From: Emiliania huxleyi CCMP1516
Lineage: Eukaryota
DNA: 64,000 nucleotides
Reading direction: 5' to 3'
NCBI RefSeq assembly: GCF_000372725.1
Contig: NW_005202428.1
Location: forward strand, 1,721,331-1,785,330
Shown here: positions 23,901 through 34,857 of the stretch, piece after piece
Layout: every line of letters starts with the position of its first letter
Position numbering within the stretch: the stretch's first letter is position 1
The notes under the pieces: generated by a model
Told to the model about the DNA's origin: nothing
Databases searched by the model: none
The model's input: the letters and a program-made list of their open reading frames with translations, nothing else
Program-made: the position numbers and the translations under genes

Positions 23901-26900
23901 GTCTTTGCCGAGTACTACCTGGGGCTCTTCAAGCCGTGGGGCCAGTCCGTGCCCGCCGGCGCCACCGCGGCCGGCGGGCCCGTGGCGGAGTGGGACGCCT
24001 ACGTCGCCGCGCTGCAGCGGGCGGCGAGCGCACCGCCCGGCGAGGGCGACGCCGACGCGGCCTTTGCGCGCCAGCTGGCCGCCGGCCGCCTCTTCCTCAT
24101 CGACACGGTCATGAACTCGCTCCGTGTCGACTCGCAGCTCGGAGCGATGGCGCAAAAGTTTCGCAACCGCAGCGGCCAGATCTGGAGGGAGATGCGCGGC
24201 GCCGATGCGGCCGCGGCCGCCGACGATCTGACGGCGGCAGCAAACGGCCAGGTTGACGCCGAGACTGCAGCGGCGATCCGGGAGACGTCGTCTCGCGTGG
24301 CGGCGGCTGGCCTGCGCGCCGACGAGCGCGACAAGCGGTTGGCGGCGGCGTCGAAGCGGGAGGGCGCGGCCAAGCTCCTCGGAGCTGCCATGAGCCGGCT
24401 GTGCCCCATTGGCGACGCCGCGCCCGGCGCTGCGGCGGCGGTGCCGCCGCAGCTCCACCGGTCGACGTGGCTGCGCCGCGGGGGGGCGCTGCACGTCCCC
24501 GCGCCCACGAGACCCATCGAGGCGCTGCGGGAGCGCCTCAAGCAGCGGGAGCCAGCGGCGGATGCAGGGGCGGGGGGGGGCGCTGAGCCAGACGGCCCGG
24601 GCCAGGCAGCGGGGTGGGGCGGCGGTGGCGGCGGCGGCGGCGGTGGCGGCGGTGGCGGCGGCGACGCGCCTGTGTGGCCGCCGCCGGAGCTGGACGAACT
24701 GGCGTGGGGCGACTTTGACCGGGAGAAGGCGGGGTGGAAGGCTCTCTACGATCCGCCCCAGCCCGGCGCGCCGCAGCCGCCGCCGATGCGGCCGCTCAAC
24801 CCCGAGCAGCGGTCGGCGCTGCACACGATCCTGTCGACTCTGCGGCTGCGGAGGCAGCATCTCGACTCTGGCCGCAGCCGCGCCGAGGCGAGGCAGCTGG
24901 TCCGCGCAGCCAATCTCTCGTTCTACATTCTGCTGCAGGGGCAGGGCGGCACCGGCAAGTCGGCCGTGGTGGAGGCGCTCGAGGCGCTGATGGCGCGCTT
25001 CCATCTCGGGCGGATCCTCAAGACGGGGTACACGGGCGTGTCGGTGGCGCCGCACCGCGGCGTCACGCTGCACTCGCTCTGCGGGCTCAACGCCAAGCGG
25101 AAGGGCGGCGGCACGGCCATCGACCCCAATTCTGCCCGGCAGAAGCTCGAGGGGCTCATCGGCGACCCCGACGAGATTGGCCTCCTCTTCATCGAGGAGG
25201 GCTCCTTCCTCGGCGAGGGCTTCTTCAAGATCGTCGACAAGCGGCTGAGGCTTCTCTTCGGCTGCCTGGACGACGCGTGCAAGACCGAGCCCTTTGGCGG
25301 CCTGCCCGTGCTCATGGGCGCCGACATGTGGCAGCTATCGCCGTGCAGGGCGACCGCCATGTACAAGGACCTCGTCGATCGCGACGTCGGGGGCATGGCC
25401 AGGCCCGCTCTCCCCGCCCGCAACGGCGACGAGGTTGACGTGGAGGACGGCGTCGACCTCTTCCGCCTCTTCCAGCGGCTGCGCCTCGAGCGCTCGATGC
25501 GCGCGGCTGGCGACCAGCGCTTTGCGGCGGACCTGGGCCAGATGCGCCGCACGACTGTGGAGCAGCCGGTCCCGAGCCGGCTCGTGGACGACCTCCGCGA
25601 CATCAGCCCCGCCGATGTGCAGGAGGACCCCTCGTGGCTGGCGGCGCCGCTGATGGTGCTGACAAAGTACAAGCGCGACTTCTTCAACGACCTGAGGGGC
25701 AGGGCGCTCGCCCGCGCGACCGGCTCCCTGTTCGTGCGGTGGCCCACCACGCTGCGCGGCAAGCAGGCCGAGACCATCGACGCGGCGCACCTCGCCTCGG
25801 CGCGCTCCCACGAGCCGGGCCTCTGGGAGTACTTTGTCGCTGGCGCCCCGTGCATGATCACCGACAACATCAACCCCGGCAAGGGCATCGCCAACGGGAC
25901 GGAGGCGTTCTACCACTCGCTCTCCTTTGAGTCGGGGCAAGTGCCTCCCCAGCTCGAGGCGGCGCTCACGCAGGGCGGCTACGCCGAGGTCACGCTGGAC
26001 GCGCCGCCGCTCTCGGTGAATGTCGCCGTGCGCGGCCGCGACTGCCGCCTCTCGGACGACGAGACGCTCGTGCCCGGCCTCGTCGACGACGGCTTCGAGG
26101 CGGCGCCGACGCCGACGGGCCCTCGGCCGGGCAAGGAGCACCGCGACGGCGCCTCCGGGCGTGGCTACTACAGCATCGAGCCCGAGCCGCTGTACGTGGT
26201 GCCGGTCGGCTTCACGTCGAAGGACGACGAGGAGGTGGACCTCGGCTCGTCCTACTCGGCGCACTACAACCTCCCCGCAAAGGTGGTCGTTAAGCCGCTC
26301 GCCGTCATGATGGCGCTAGCCGTGACCGACTTCAAGCTGCAGGGCAAGACGCTGCCCAAGCTGATCCTCAACCTGACTGGCGAGATGAAGTCGATGCAGC
26401 TCACCTCCTTCTACGTGGGCGTCTCGCGGACGACATCGTTTGCTGGCCTCCGCGCGCTGACCGGCTCCTCGGACAAGAAGCTCGGGTTCCTCAAGGACCT
26501 CGTGCACGCGTGGCAGCTCGGCGTGTGGGACGAGGGCTACGATGAAAACGGCTTTTGGGACGCCGACAAGGCGAGGGAACTGGTCGCGGCTGCGCAGAAG
26601 CGAGAGGAGACGGCCAGGAAGGCGGCGCGGCGGCGCAAGGCTGCCGAGGCGCGGCGGGCGCAAGGCGGCGGCCGCGGTGGGCGGGGCGGCGGCGGCGGGC
26701 GGGGCGGCGGCAAGGGCCGCGGCCGCGGTGGCACGGGTGGCGAGGGCCGCGGCGGCAAGGGTGGCGCGGGCGAGGGCTGTGGCGGCGCAGAGGGCGGCGC
26801 CGGGCGAGGTGGCGGTGGCAGGGGCGGGGGCAGGGGCGAACGCGGCCGCGGCCGCGGCCGGGGACGCGGCCGCGGCGGCGAGGGAGCGGGCGAGGGAGCC

Positions 26901-27845
26901 GGCGGAGGCGGCGGCAAGGGCGGCAAGGGCGGCAAGGGCGGCAAGGGCGGCAAGGGCGGCAAGGGCGGCAAGGGCGGTGTCCCCGTCGGCTCACCCTCGC
27001 GTGCCTCGCGTGCCGCCGACGAGCAGCGGCGGCAGCGCGGCGAGGCGGCGAACGCTGCCCGGCAGCGTCTGCCTCCCACGCCCAAGCGCCAGGCCGAGGG
27101 CGAGGGCGATGGGTGGCCAAGGCGGAGCCGACCGCGGCGCGAGGTCTTGTCTGTCCTGGTCGCGCAGCGCCTCGAGCTCCTCACGAAGGCGGGTGCGCCG
27201 TGGCCGCCGCCGACGGGTGCCGCTGCCGCCTCTTCTGCTGCCGTCGGCGTGCGGCGTCTCCGCGCCCGCATCGTCGACTACTGGCCTGGCTCGGCGGGGA
27301 TACGGCAGGAGCTGCAACGCTGGCTCGAGCGCCTCGGCTGGATCGTCTCGCAGACGGATCGCGCCGAGTTGGAAAGCTTGGGCAGCCGCGGCTGGCAGGT
27401 TGGCGACTCGTGCGGCATCGTGGCGTGTGCTGCGGTAAACTTGCTGCTTGCTGCGGTCGGTCAGTGGTTCACCATCAATCTGGACGAGTGCATCCACCGC
27501 GACCATATCGCCGCAGCGCGGCGCGCCCTCGGGCTGGGATCGCTGGGATCGTCGACCGTGATCGAGACCGAGCAGGTGATCCAGCTCGTCGGGAAGCGTT
27601 ATTTCGCTCGGTTTGCGTTATCCGAGGCCGGCGGGAGCGGGGATGTGCGCGATGCGATGGGGGCCCTTAAGTGCCGCGTGGAGAGGGACGTGGCCGTCGT
27701 CTCGCTAGATGGCCTCCTCGCAGGCGTGTTGGAACGCCGCGGTGGAGGCGCCGGAGCCAGCCCGTCGGTCTACATCGTGAACACCGGCATGTCGAGCAGC
27801 GTCGGCCAGGACAACCACTGGTTTACCGTCGCGTTGGAGTTTTGA
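17992..27845 (+). CDS. Helitron-type Rep-helicase (~3,230 aa spliced): DUF6570-like, Helitron_like_N/HUH Rep, PIF1 helicase, Gly/Lys-rich linker, C-terminal cysteine-protease-like domain
   Basis: Exons 17992-20910, 20989-21741 and 21813-27845, joined in frame by GC-AG and GT-AG introns. Rep: NEF..NDKIIYGAF, DGRFAHD..FIY, motif I TFLSWNLDD..HP, motif II ETDGRQSFHIH, HIHCKTCRK, motif III YQSKYETK. PIF1: GQGGTGKS, GVTLHS, PFGGLPVLMGADMWQLSP, MITDNI...GIANGT, AVTDFKLQGKT, YVGVSR. Confidence 0.92.
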
Positions 27846-27936
27846 GCGCGTGTGCGCGCGTGTGTGTAGAGTCTTCATTACTACTCGACGTAGAGTACTG
27901 TAGCAATACACACTCTGTGACATCCGCGACGACAAG

Positions 27937-28376
27937 ACGTACACGCGCGCACGAGGTCTACCGATGCACAGTACATTCGCGCCACAAAGGACCGCGCGGC
28001 ACGCACGCGCAGTTGCTGCCCTCGAGGCGCGCTCTCCTTGCGCGGAATGCCCTGTGTGTGTCAGCGCTTGGCCTTGGAGCCGCTCGACTGTACGAGAGTC
28101 GGGCTCCGGCCCTCGGTGCCACGGCAGCGACGGCGTGCTCGGCGGGTGGCGGTGTGGCGGCTGCTGCTGATGTCCGCTGCCGCGCAGAGCTGTCCTGCCG
28201 GCGAGAGGTGGCACACAGCTCGAAGGCGGCGTCGGCGACCGCCGCGCTGGCTCTCTCTCCTCAGCAGACGCCGCTTCGCGTCTCGGCGGCGGCAGCTGCT
28301 TCGCCGCGAGAGTAGCGAGGCGACGTACGCGCCTCCGCTCTGCGGCAGCAGCAAGGAGCGAACGCGCTGGCAGAGC
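27937..28376 (+). repeat. Long direct repeat DR2 (~440 bp), downstream of the Rep-helicase
   Basis: Collinear with 17349-17797. Confidence 0.92.
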
Positions 28377-28471
28377 TGCTGGCTTCACAGGCCTGTTGAG
28401 TGCGAGGCAAGGTGAAGTGAGCGGATGTGCCGGGCAGGACCGGGCAGGGCAGGCGGGGCGGGGCGGGGCAG

Positions 28472-28536
28472 GGCACCGCGCGGTGGTAGACCTTCAACTG
28501 TGGAATCGCCGGGTTCAAATCCCCGGGTTCGCAGCA
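28472..28536 (+). promoter_or_regulatory. tRNA-like segment / putative Pol III B-box
   Basis: GGTTCAAATCC (28512-28522) in a CCGGG/CCCGG T-arm-like stem, preceded by a D-loop-like GGTGGTAGA. No complete cloverleaf. Confidence 0.35.
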
Positions 28537-29344
28537 GTGTCACGTCGTTGACGGTGGGTAGGGTCAGGGCGGGGCGGGGCGCATGCGGCGCGCATAGGGT
28601 GGGGCACGCACCAGCGGTCGCTGCCTAGTGTGCGCACACGCGCGCGACGAGCTCGTCGGCTAGGCTGTACTCTCCTCCTTAACGTCCGGCCGTTCCGGGG
28701 AACGGGGTGGGGATGTCCTGATCGACCTGCAACACAGGCAGTCGGTGACGGTAACGAACGGGAAGCTGTTTGGGAAGTGGGCGTCGCAGGGCGGGCCGGA
28801 AGGCGGGCGGGCGCGAGCGGGCACGAACGATCTTGTCCGTGGTCGTGCGCACGCACACCATATTGCCATTGTTACGGCAAGGCGCCATTTGAGGGAGGTG
28901 CGGACCATCCCTCAGACGATCCTTGCGCGCTGGCGGTGTGGTGCGGGAGACCGCAGGAGCGAGAGGGGCGGGCCGGGGCCGGAGGGAGGCGGACGCGCGG
29001 GCGGGCGCGCGGGCGTCGAGGGTGGGGCACGGACGCGCCTGGCGCCAACCGCCTCGGCTCCGTACGCGGTCGTAGCATGGTACGCGTAATAGAAGGAACT
29101 CCGTCGGAGCTTCCGGTTTGCGACATCCTTTTGCTTGGCCGGGGGACTAAGGCACTCTTGCTCATTTCTCTCTCTAAGAGTAGGGCGACTGGCGACGGCA
29201 AAAATGCAAGCCCCGCCCCTGGCCACTGTAAAACGGGCACGCCAAAGGGATTCCCCTCTCGTATAGGACCGAACTTCCCTCTTCTTTTTTGGGCGCTGCA
29301 GCGGCGCCTCAACACGCAACAGCACTTCAGGACACTGCCAACCC

Positions 29345-30680
29345 ATGTCTGTGCCAGCAGAGCTGTCCTGCAACCTGTGCTGGGAGACGCTCGAGGTGCC
29401 ACCTCTCCACGTTCGCTCCCCGCGCCCACCGCCTTTCCAGCTCGGCCTCGCCGCCTTGCGACGCAGCCGCTGGCGCTGCGGCGGGCGTCGGGTGAATTCT
29501 TCGCGTTGACCGAACGGACCCTCTGCCCGCAGCCACCATTCATCGTTACCTCGTGTGGCCACGCATTCTGCAAGAAGCACACGAACCACCCAAAGTTTGA
29601 CCCGTCGACCTGCCCCGGCTGCCGCGGGCATGTCCCTCGCGTCGGTGGTCTCCGTGAGATGACGTACTTTCTCGGCGAGTCGGACCAGCGCATTCTCAAC
29701 GGCTCTCACCCTGACACTGTCATGCAGTCGTGTCTCAGCGCGGTCAACTTCTGGCGCGCGCTCCGCCCCGCCGCCCGCGCCGCCTTCCACGCCACGGTGA
29801 ACTATCCGCGCGCTCACCTCTGAGCTCCTGCGCACTGCTGCGCTCCTGACGACAGGGTGAGCCAGGAGCGGAACCGTGGCGACTACGCGATGCACCGGAT
29901 GGCGAAGCTGCAGGAGAGCAAGGACCATCTCAAGCAAAAGTTCCAAGCGGCGTACCAGGACGTCGAGGCGAACCTCAAGCACGAGCGGGAGCTGCGGCAG
30001 CAGGCTGAGGCGGCGCATGAGGAGATGCAGCAAGAGAACCTGCACGTCAAGCAAAAGTACCAAGAGGAGGCGCGCAAAGTTCACGCGATGCAGGAGACCA
30101 TCATCTCGCTCAAGCGAAAGCGAGGCGACTCTGGAAACGTCTCGACGATGGGCAGCCCGTTGCGCAGTGGCACGCCGCACCGACCAGGTGATGCGCCCTC
30201 GCCACACATTGCTCCTGCTCACACACCGGTTGCGGCCGCGAGAGGCGGGCCGACACACGCCTGGCGACACACGCCTGGCGCGCCATAGGCGGGGCCGAGT
30301 CGCCGTTTCGAGGCGGCGGGGCCGCGCCAATGGCGTCGCCGCACCGCAACAGCTACGACCGCGGCCCGCCTGCGACCTCGTCCTTCAGCCGGCACCGCTC
30401 TCCGATACTCGGCGGCGGCGGCCTGGGCAATGGACTCGGCGGTGGGGGACTGTCCCTATCACGCATGGGCACGCCCGTCCGGCGGAGCCCTGCGTCGACT
30501 CCTCGCTTCTCGAGTGGCGTGCTCGGATCGCTGTGCGCCGCGGGCCCCGCCCGCAATGGCACGAATACACAAACGGACCCGTCTCCGCACGGCTGTAGGT
30601 CGGGAAGTGGGATCGGCGGGCAACGGCTTGGAGGGGCTGGCCGACGGACCAGTGCGACGCCAAACCTGTTTGGCAAGTGA
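29345..30680 (+). CDS. HEI10: HEI10/CCNB1IP1-like meiotic RING E3 ligase (spliced)
   Basis: MSVPAELSCNLCWETLE | PPFIVTSCGHAFC...CPGC, LNGSHPDTVMQSC..AVNFW, then a coiled coil and an S/T/P-rich tail. This is the HEI10 architecture. Confidence 0.72.
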
Positions 30681-31551
30681 AGGTGCGAGCAGATTGGGAG
30701 GCAGGCAGATTGGGAGAAGCAGGGGCGCGCCGTTTTCCTTTTCGGAGCGCTCGTCAAGGGCACTACGGTGAGAGAGACCATAGCTGACACCACCGTGCGC
30801 GCATGCTTGGGGTGCTCGGAGCATCAGTTGCAATTCATCGCTGCGCAGGCCGCAGTGCGGGGAATCACAAAACCCGCTGGGAGACGAGGCAGGGCGGGGG
30901 GAGGGAGGCCGCGCCACGGGGAGTTCGGGCTTCTCGGCGGGGGGATCGACGATGTCAGTTGGGGCCGCCGCCCTCTGCTCAGGGCGATTGTGCGTTTTGT
31001 GAGCGAGGCGGCGCGAACGTGTGGCAGAGATTGGATGCGCCGATCGTGATGCGCACATCCACAACCGATGCGGAGCGCTCTCGCGCGGCTTTGGGGGCTT
31101 TTGCGCGGCCGCACGAAAAACTCAAAAAGTGATCCGAGGGGCCTGTGGGTTTGTCGCCACGCTGTGTGAGGTGTGTCCGTGTATGTATTATTTACCAGAG
31201 CCGTGCGAACACGTCACAGCTCACAGAGGTCGTTTCGGTTCTCCTGGGGATCCTGCACCCGCACGCGGACGAGCATCACGGGACCACGACGCACGAGGAA
31301 AGAATAGGGCTCGACAGCGCGAGCACGCGCGATGCGCGGCGATCAGAGACAGCGCCCGCGACACGTGGTGGCGCTGCGCGCGCGAGAGAGAGCGCGTCGC
31401 ACATGCACCCGGAGAGAGAGACCGCATGCGAGGGTACAACTCCATGGTAGCTGAGAGTAGCTGGGCCAAGCACGGCGCACGTGGACGTGGTGCTAGATAG
31501 AGCCTGCTCTCAGAAGGGACGAGCGCGCGCGCAAGCGGCCCGGCTGCGGCT

Positions 31552-33190
31552 TCAGACCGCATCGACGCCGTGCCGCTTCGCGCCCTGCCCCTCGCTGCTC
31601 GCAGCCGCGGCGGTCATGCGTCGGTTCCGGAGCAGCGAGGCGGCGACGCCGCCGGTGAGCAAGCCGACGATGACGGCGAGCGAGGTGAAGGCGCTGACGT
31701 GGAAGTGGAAGAACTCGACCACCATCTTCGCGCCGACAAAGAAGAGGATGAGCGCGACGGCGTGCCTGCGGCCAAGGCGCGGCGGGGTGGGGCGGGGGCG
31801 GGGTGGGGGCGCGCCGGCGCGAGCCGCCGCGAGTCTCTGGGAGGTATGTGGTGTGGTGTGCGGCGCGCCGCAGGTAGTAGAGCGACTCGACCGACTTGGA
31901 GAGGAGGAGGTAGAGGGAGCGGAGGGCCATGAGCGCAAACACATTCGAGGAGTAGACGACCATCGCGTCGCTGGTGATGCCGACCACCGCGGGGATCGAG
32001 TCGACGGCGAAGATCACGTCCGACAGCTCGATCATCACGAGGACCACGAGCAGCGGCGTCGCCTTGCGCACGCCGTTCACCTTGGTCATGAACTTCTCGC
32101 CGTCGTAGTAGTCGGTGGCGTCGACGAAGCTGGAGCGGGGCGGGTGGGGGGGTGCTCGGCATGGGGGGCGCGCCGGGGGATCGAGTCGCGAGGTCTCGGT
32201 GTCGTAGGGTCGCGAGGTCTCGGTGCCGTGGAGGAGCGGGCGTGCGGCGGCCGCGGCGGGGGGTGGGCGGCAGTGCGGGTGGCGGTGCGGGTGGCGGTGC
32301 GGGCGGCGGTGCGGGTGGCGGCACAGCAGGGCGGTGGCGGTGGTGCAGGGGCATATGGGCAGGCAGGAGGAGAGCGGACCGAGTGGCGATCTTCATCATG
32401 GCGTTGTCGGCGAGGTCGGTCTCGTGCTCGGGCATGAGCATCTTGATCGCGGAGACCACCAGCACCAGCGCGAAGACGAGAAGCACCGGCCGGAACCTCT
32501 GCACCACCGCGACACCGACGCCGATCATGACGGCGCGGAGTGCGAGCGCCGTGAGGATGCCCCACTTGAGGACGCGCTGGGTGTACTGCTCGGGGACCTT
32601 GAAGTAGTCGAAGATCATCAGGAAGACGAACAGGTTGTCCACCGAGAGCGACTTCTCTACCTGCCGGCGGCGGCGGCCGCACCACCCGGGTCAGGTGACA
32701 GGCAGAGGCCAGCAAGGCGGGAGGAGAAGGTGCACCAGGAAGGCGGTGAAGAAGTTGATGCACCCCTCGCTGCCCTTCATCGGTAGCACGACCCCAACCC
32801 CGAACGCGATGGTCGCGACGAACGACCTGCGCGCCGCCAGGGCAATGTCACCACCTCTGCTCCACAGCGAGTGCACGACGCGAGCCGGGCCGGAACGCAC
32901 CATATAGTGGCGATGATCGCCCGCCGGTAGGCAAGACTCCGGCCCTTGACGACATAGGGCGCGCGCGCCGCCAGCAGCGTCTGCTGCGACTTGAGGCCAG
33001 CTCCTCGCCGCGGGTTGAGCCGAGGCCGCACCTCGTGGTTCGCCACCCACTCGTCGAGCGGCTCCAGAGGCACCTCGCTGAAACCGGCAGAGGCGTCGAT
33101 CCTGCGCTTCGCGAGCATCGGCAGCCGGTCCGACGGTCTAGCCGCGCACAGCGACAACCCGAGCAGAGCCAGCACACAAAACCTCTGCAT
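31552..33190 (-). CDS. TerC/Alx family integral membrane protein (spliced, N-terminal signal peptide)
   Basis: EKSLSVDNLFVF...FKVP...QRVLKWGI..A..LRAVMI; ATPLLVVLVMIELSDVIFAVDSIPAV; VYSSNVFALMALRSLY. Confidence 0.92.
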
Positions 33191-33358
33191 AAGCTGTTGC
33201 GCTGCAGCCCTAGCTTCTCGCACGTCTTCTTCACAGCGCGCTCGCCCCCTCGCCGGGCCATGTCCGCTCCTGCGTCTGACAAGCGCTCGGACGACCCTCA
33301 CAGCTCACACCTCTCTCTCTCACTCTCTCTCAACACCAAAAAGATCACTTTCACTTTG

Positions 33359-34408
33359 TTACTGCGGTTCTCGATTAATGACCTGCTCTACCGAGGCGGG
33401 GATCGACCCGCCGCACCCGCCCGCCTTCTCGGCGAAGGCGGCTCGCAGCCACGAGGTGTTGATGCGGAAGGGCGCCCGCTCGCTCGGCTGGAGGTTCTCC
33501 CACTGCTTTGTCATGTTGAAACTGGGACACCTCCGGCCGTGGGCCCTGCCTGGCGAGCCCCTCGGCAGGCCTTCGGACCGCCAGAGAGAGTGACGCGGCT
33601 TTTCTGCCTTCTTGAGGGCGTCGGCCTGCGAGATCTGCTTGCCCTTGCGGGCAACCTGCCACTGATGCAGGTTCGGCGGCTGGTGGACGTCGATGTAGAC
33701 ATACGCAGCCTGCCAGCCGAAGAAGTTGTAAGCGCGCGCCTCCAGGTCAAAGTCGTCGGCGCCCATGTGGAAGCAGCCCTCGTCGAGGTAGCCGAGGGCT
33801 CGCGCCGCGCTCGCCCGTAGCAGCAGCGGCCCTCGCGGCGTGAGTCCCCGGAAGGCGACCGCCTGCTTAGCGACGGGGACACGGCCGCGCTCCTTGCGGC
33901 CGTTGCCAGCACACCAGCGGTTGTGCGAGCGCTGGCCGGGCATCGCACAGCGCCCTGAGACGGTGGTCACGCTCCGGTCCGCGGCCATTGCGGCGGCGAG
34001 CCAGAGGTTCCAGCCGGGCTCGTGGGCCATGACGTCACTCTGCACGAGGAGAAAGGCAAATGTGGGGTCGAGAAGCCGCATCCCGAGGTTTTCCGACGCC
34101 GTCTCGAAAAGAGGAGGTGCACGGGGCGCGGTTTCGAAGACAACGTACCGGTGGAGGAAGCCAGCGGAGCCATGCCCTGCGGTCGCCGAGGTACAGCTCG
34201 ACGCTCGCGGCAAGAGAGATAACAAAACGTCGCGCGAGCCATCATTACAGTCGTCGAGCACAACCGCCATCTCCCATTCGCCGGCGATAGAGCTGAGGAG
34301 AGAAGGAAGAGTCACGCCGAGAGAGGAAGCTCGATTGTGCGCCGTCAGCACGAGACCGTACGCCGCTCGTCGACTCGTCGCAAAGTCGACTGTGGCGACG
34401 ACTGGCAT
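33359..34408 (-). CDS. GT2-like glycosyltransferase
   Basis: LVLTAHN, VVLDDCNDGS, ETASENLG, LVQSD, RGPLLL...LGYLDE..F....DDFDL..RA. Confidence 0.7.
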   Translation of the reverse strand: MPVVATVDFATSRRAAYGLVLTAHNRASSLGVTLPSLLSSIAGEWEMAVVLDDCNDGSRDVLLSLLPRASSCTSATAGHGSAGFLHRYVVFETAPRAPPLFETASENLGMRLLDPTFAFLLVQSDVMAHEPGWNLWLAAAMAADRSVTTVSGRCAMPGQRSHNRWCAGNGRKERGRVPVAKQAVAFRGLTPRGPLLLRASAARALGYLDEGCFHMGADDFDLEARAYNFFGWQAAYVYIDVHQPPNLHQWQVARKGKQISQADALKKAEKPRHSLWRSEGLPRGSPGRAHGRRCPSFNMTKQWENLQPSERAPFRINTSWLRAAFAEKAGGCGGSIPASVEQVINREPQ

Positions 34409-34857
34409 GGGCAGCCACCGTTCCTGCTACTGTCCACTATGAAAGTGTGAACAGGTTACCTGTCGGTGTAACGACATTCGCGCCGCATGGTGGCCGCGCT
34501 GCGCCGCTCGCCGCTGGCGCGCGGCTGATCGCGGCGCCGACCCCGCGGCGGCGCCATCTCACGCAGCGGGGCGCGTCGCGTCGTCGGCGCCAAAACGGAC
34601 GCGAGCTCGCGGCGCGGCCGTCGCTCGCCGCCTCCTCCCTTGCCGTCTCCTCCCTCGCCGCCTCCTCCCTCGCCTTCGCCTCCACCCTCGCCGCCTCAAG
34701 TAAGCTGCTCGCCGCGGAAGCTGCTCGACAGGTGCCTTGCAGCTACGTATTCTCGTATTATCTTCGAGTAAGGCGTCTCGCAGCTGCGTATTCTTGTATT
34801 CTCGTCGATTAGTGTAGGTACTGCGTGGGGGCGGTACGTATTCCCGTATCACGTATC

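Larger units (their letters stand above)
14121..29250 (+). mobile_element. Autonomous Helitron2/Helentron-like rolling-circle transposon (~15.1 kb)
   Basis: Encodes HUH Rep + PIF1 helicase. 13 bp IR at 14121-14133 / 29198-29210 and 14 bp IR at 14179-14192 / 29223-29236. 5' hairpin at 14121-14156 and imperfect 3' stem-loop at 29217-29249. TT lies next to both ends. Confidence 0.8.

Noticed and set aside
17349..28376. LTR retrotransposon suggested by the long direct repeats
   Set aside because: No gag, RT or integrase, and no TG...CA ends, PBS or PPT were seen; the enclosed gene is a HUH Rep-helicase.
28472..28536. Functional tRNA-His gene
   Set aside because: Only the T-arm is convincing; the acceptor and anticodon stems do not pair.
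28600..28630. Canonical Helitron 3' end (hairpin + CTAG|T at 28625-28629)
   Set aside because: The hairpin is weak and adjacent to CTAG. The paired 13 and 14 bp IRs at 29198-29236 define the end better, although this could be a secondary terminator.
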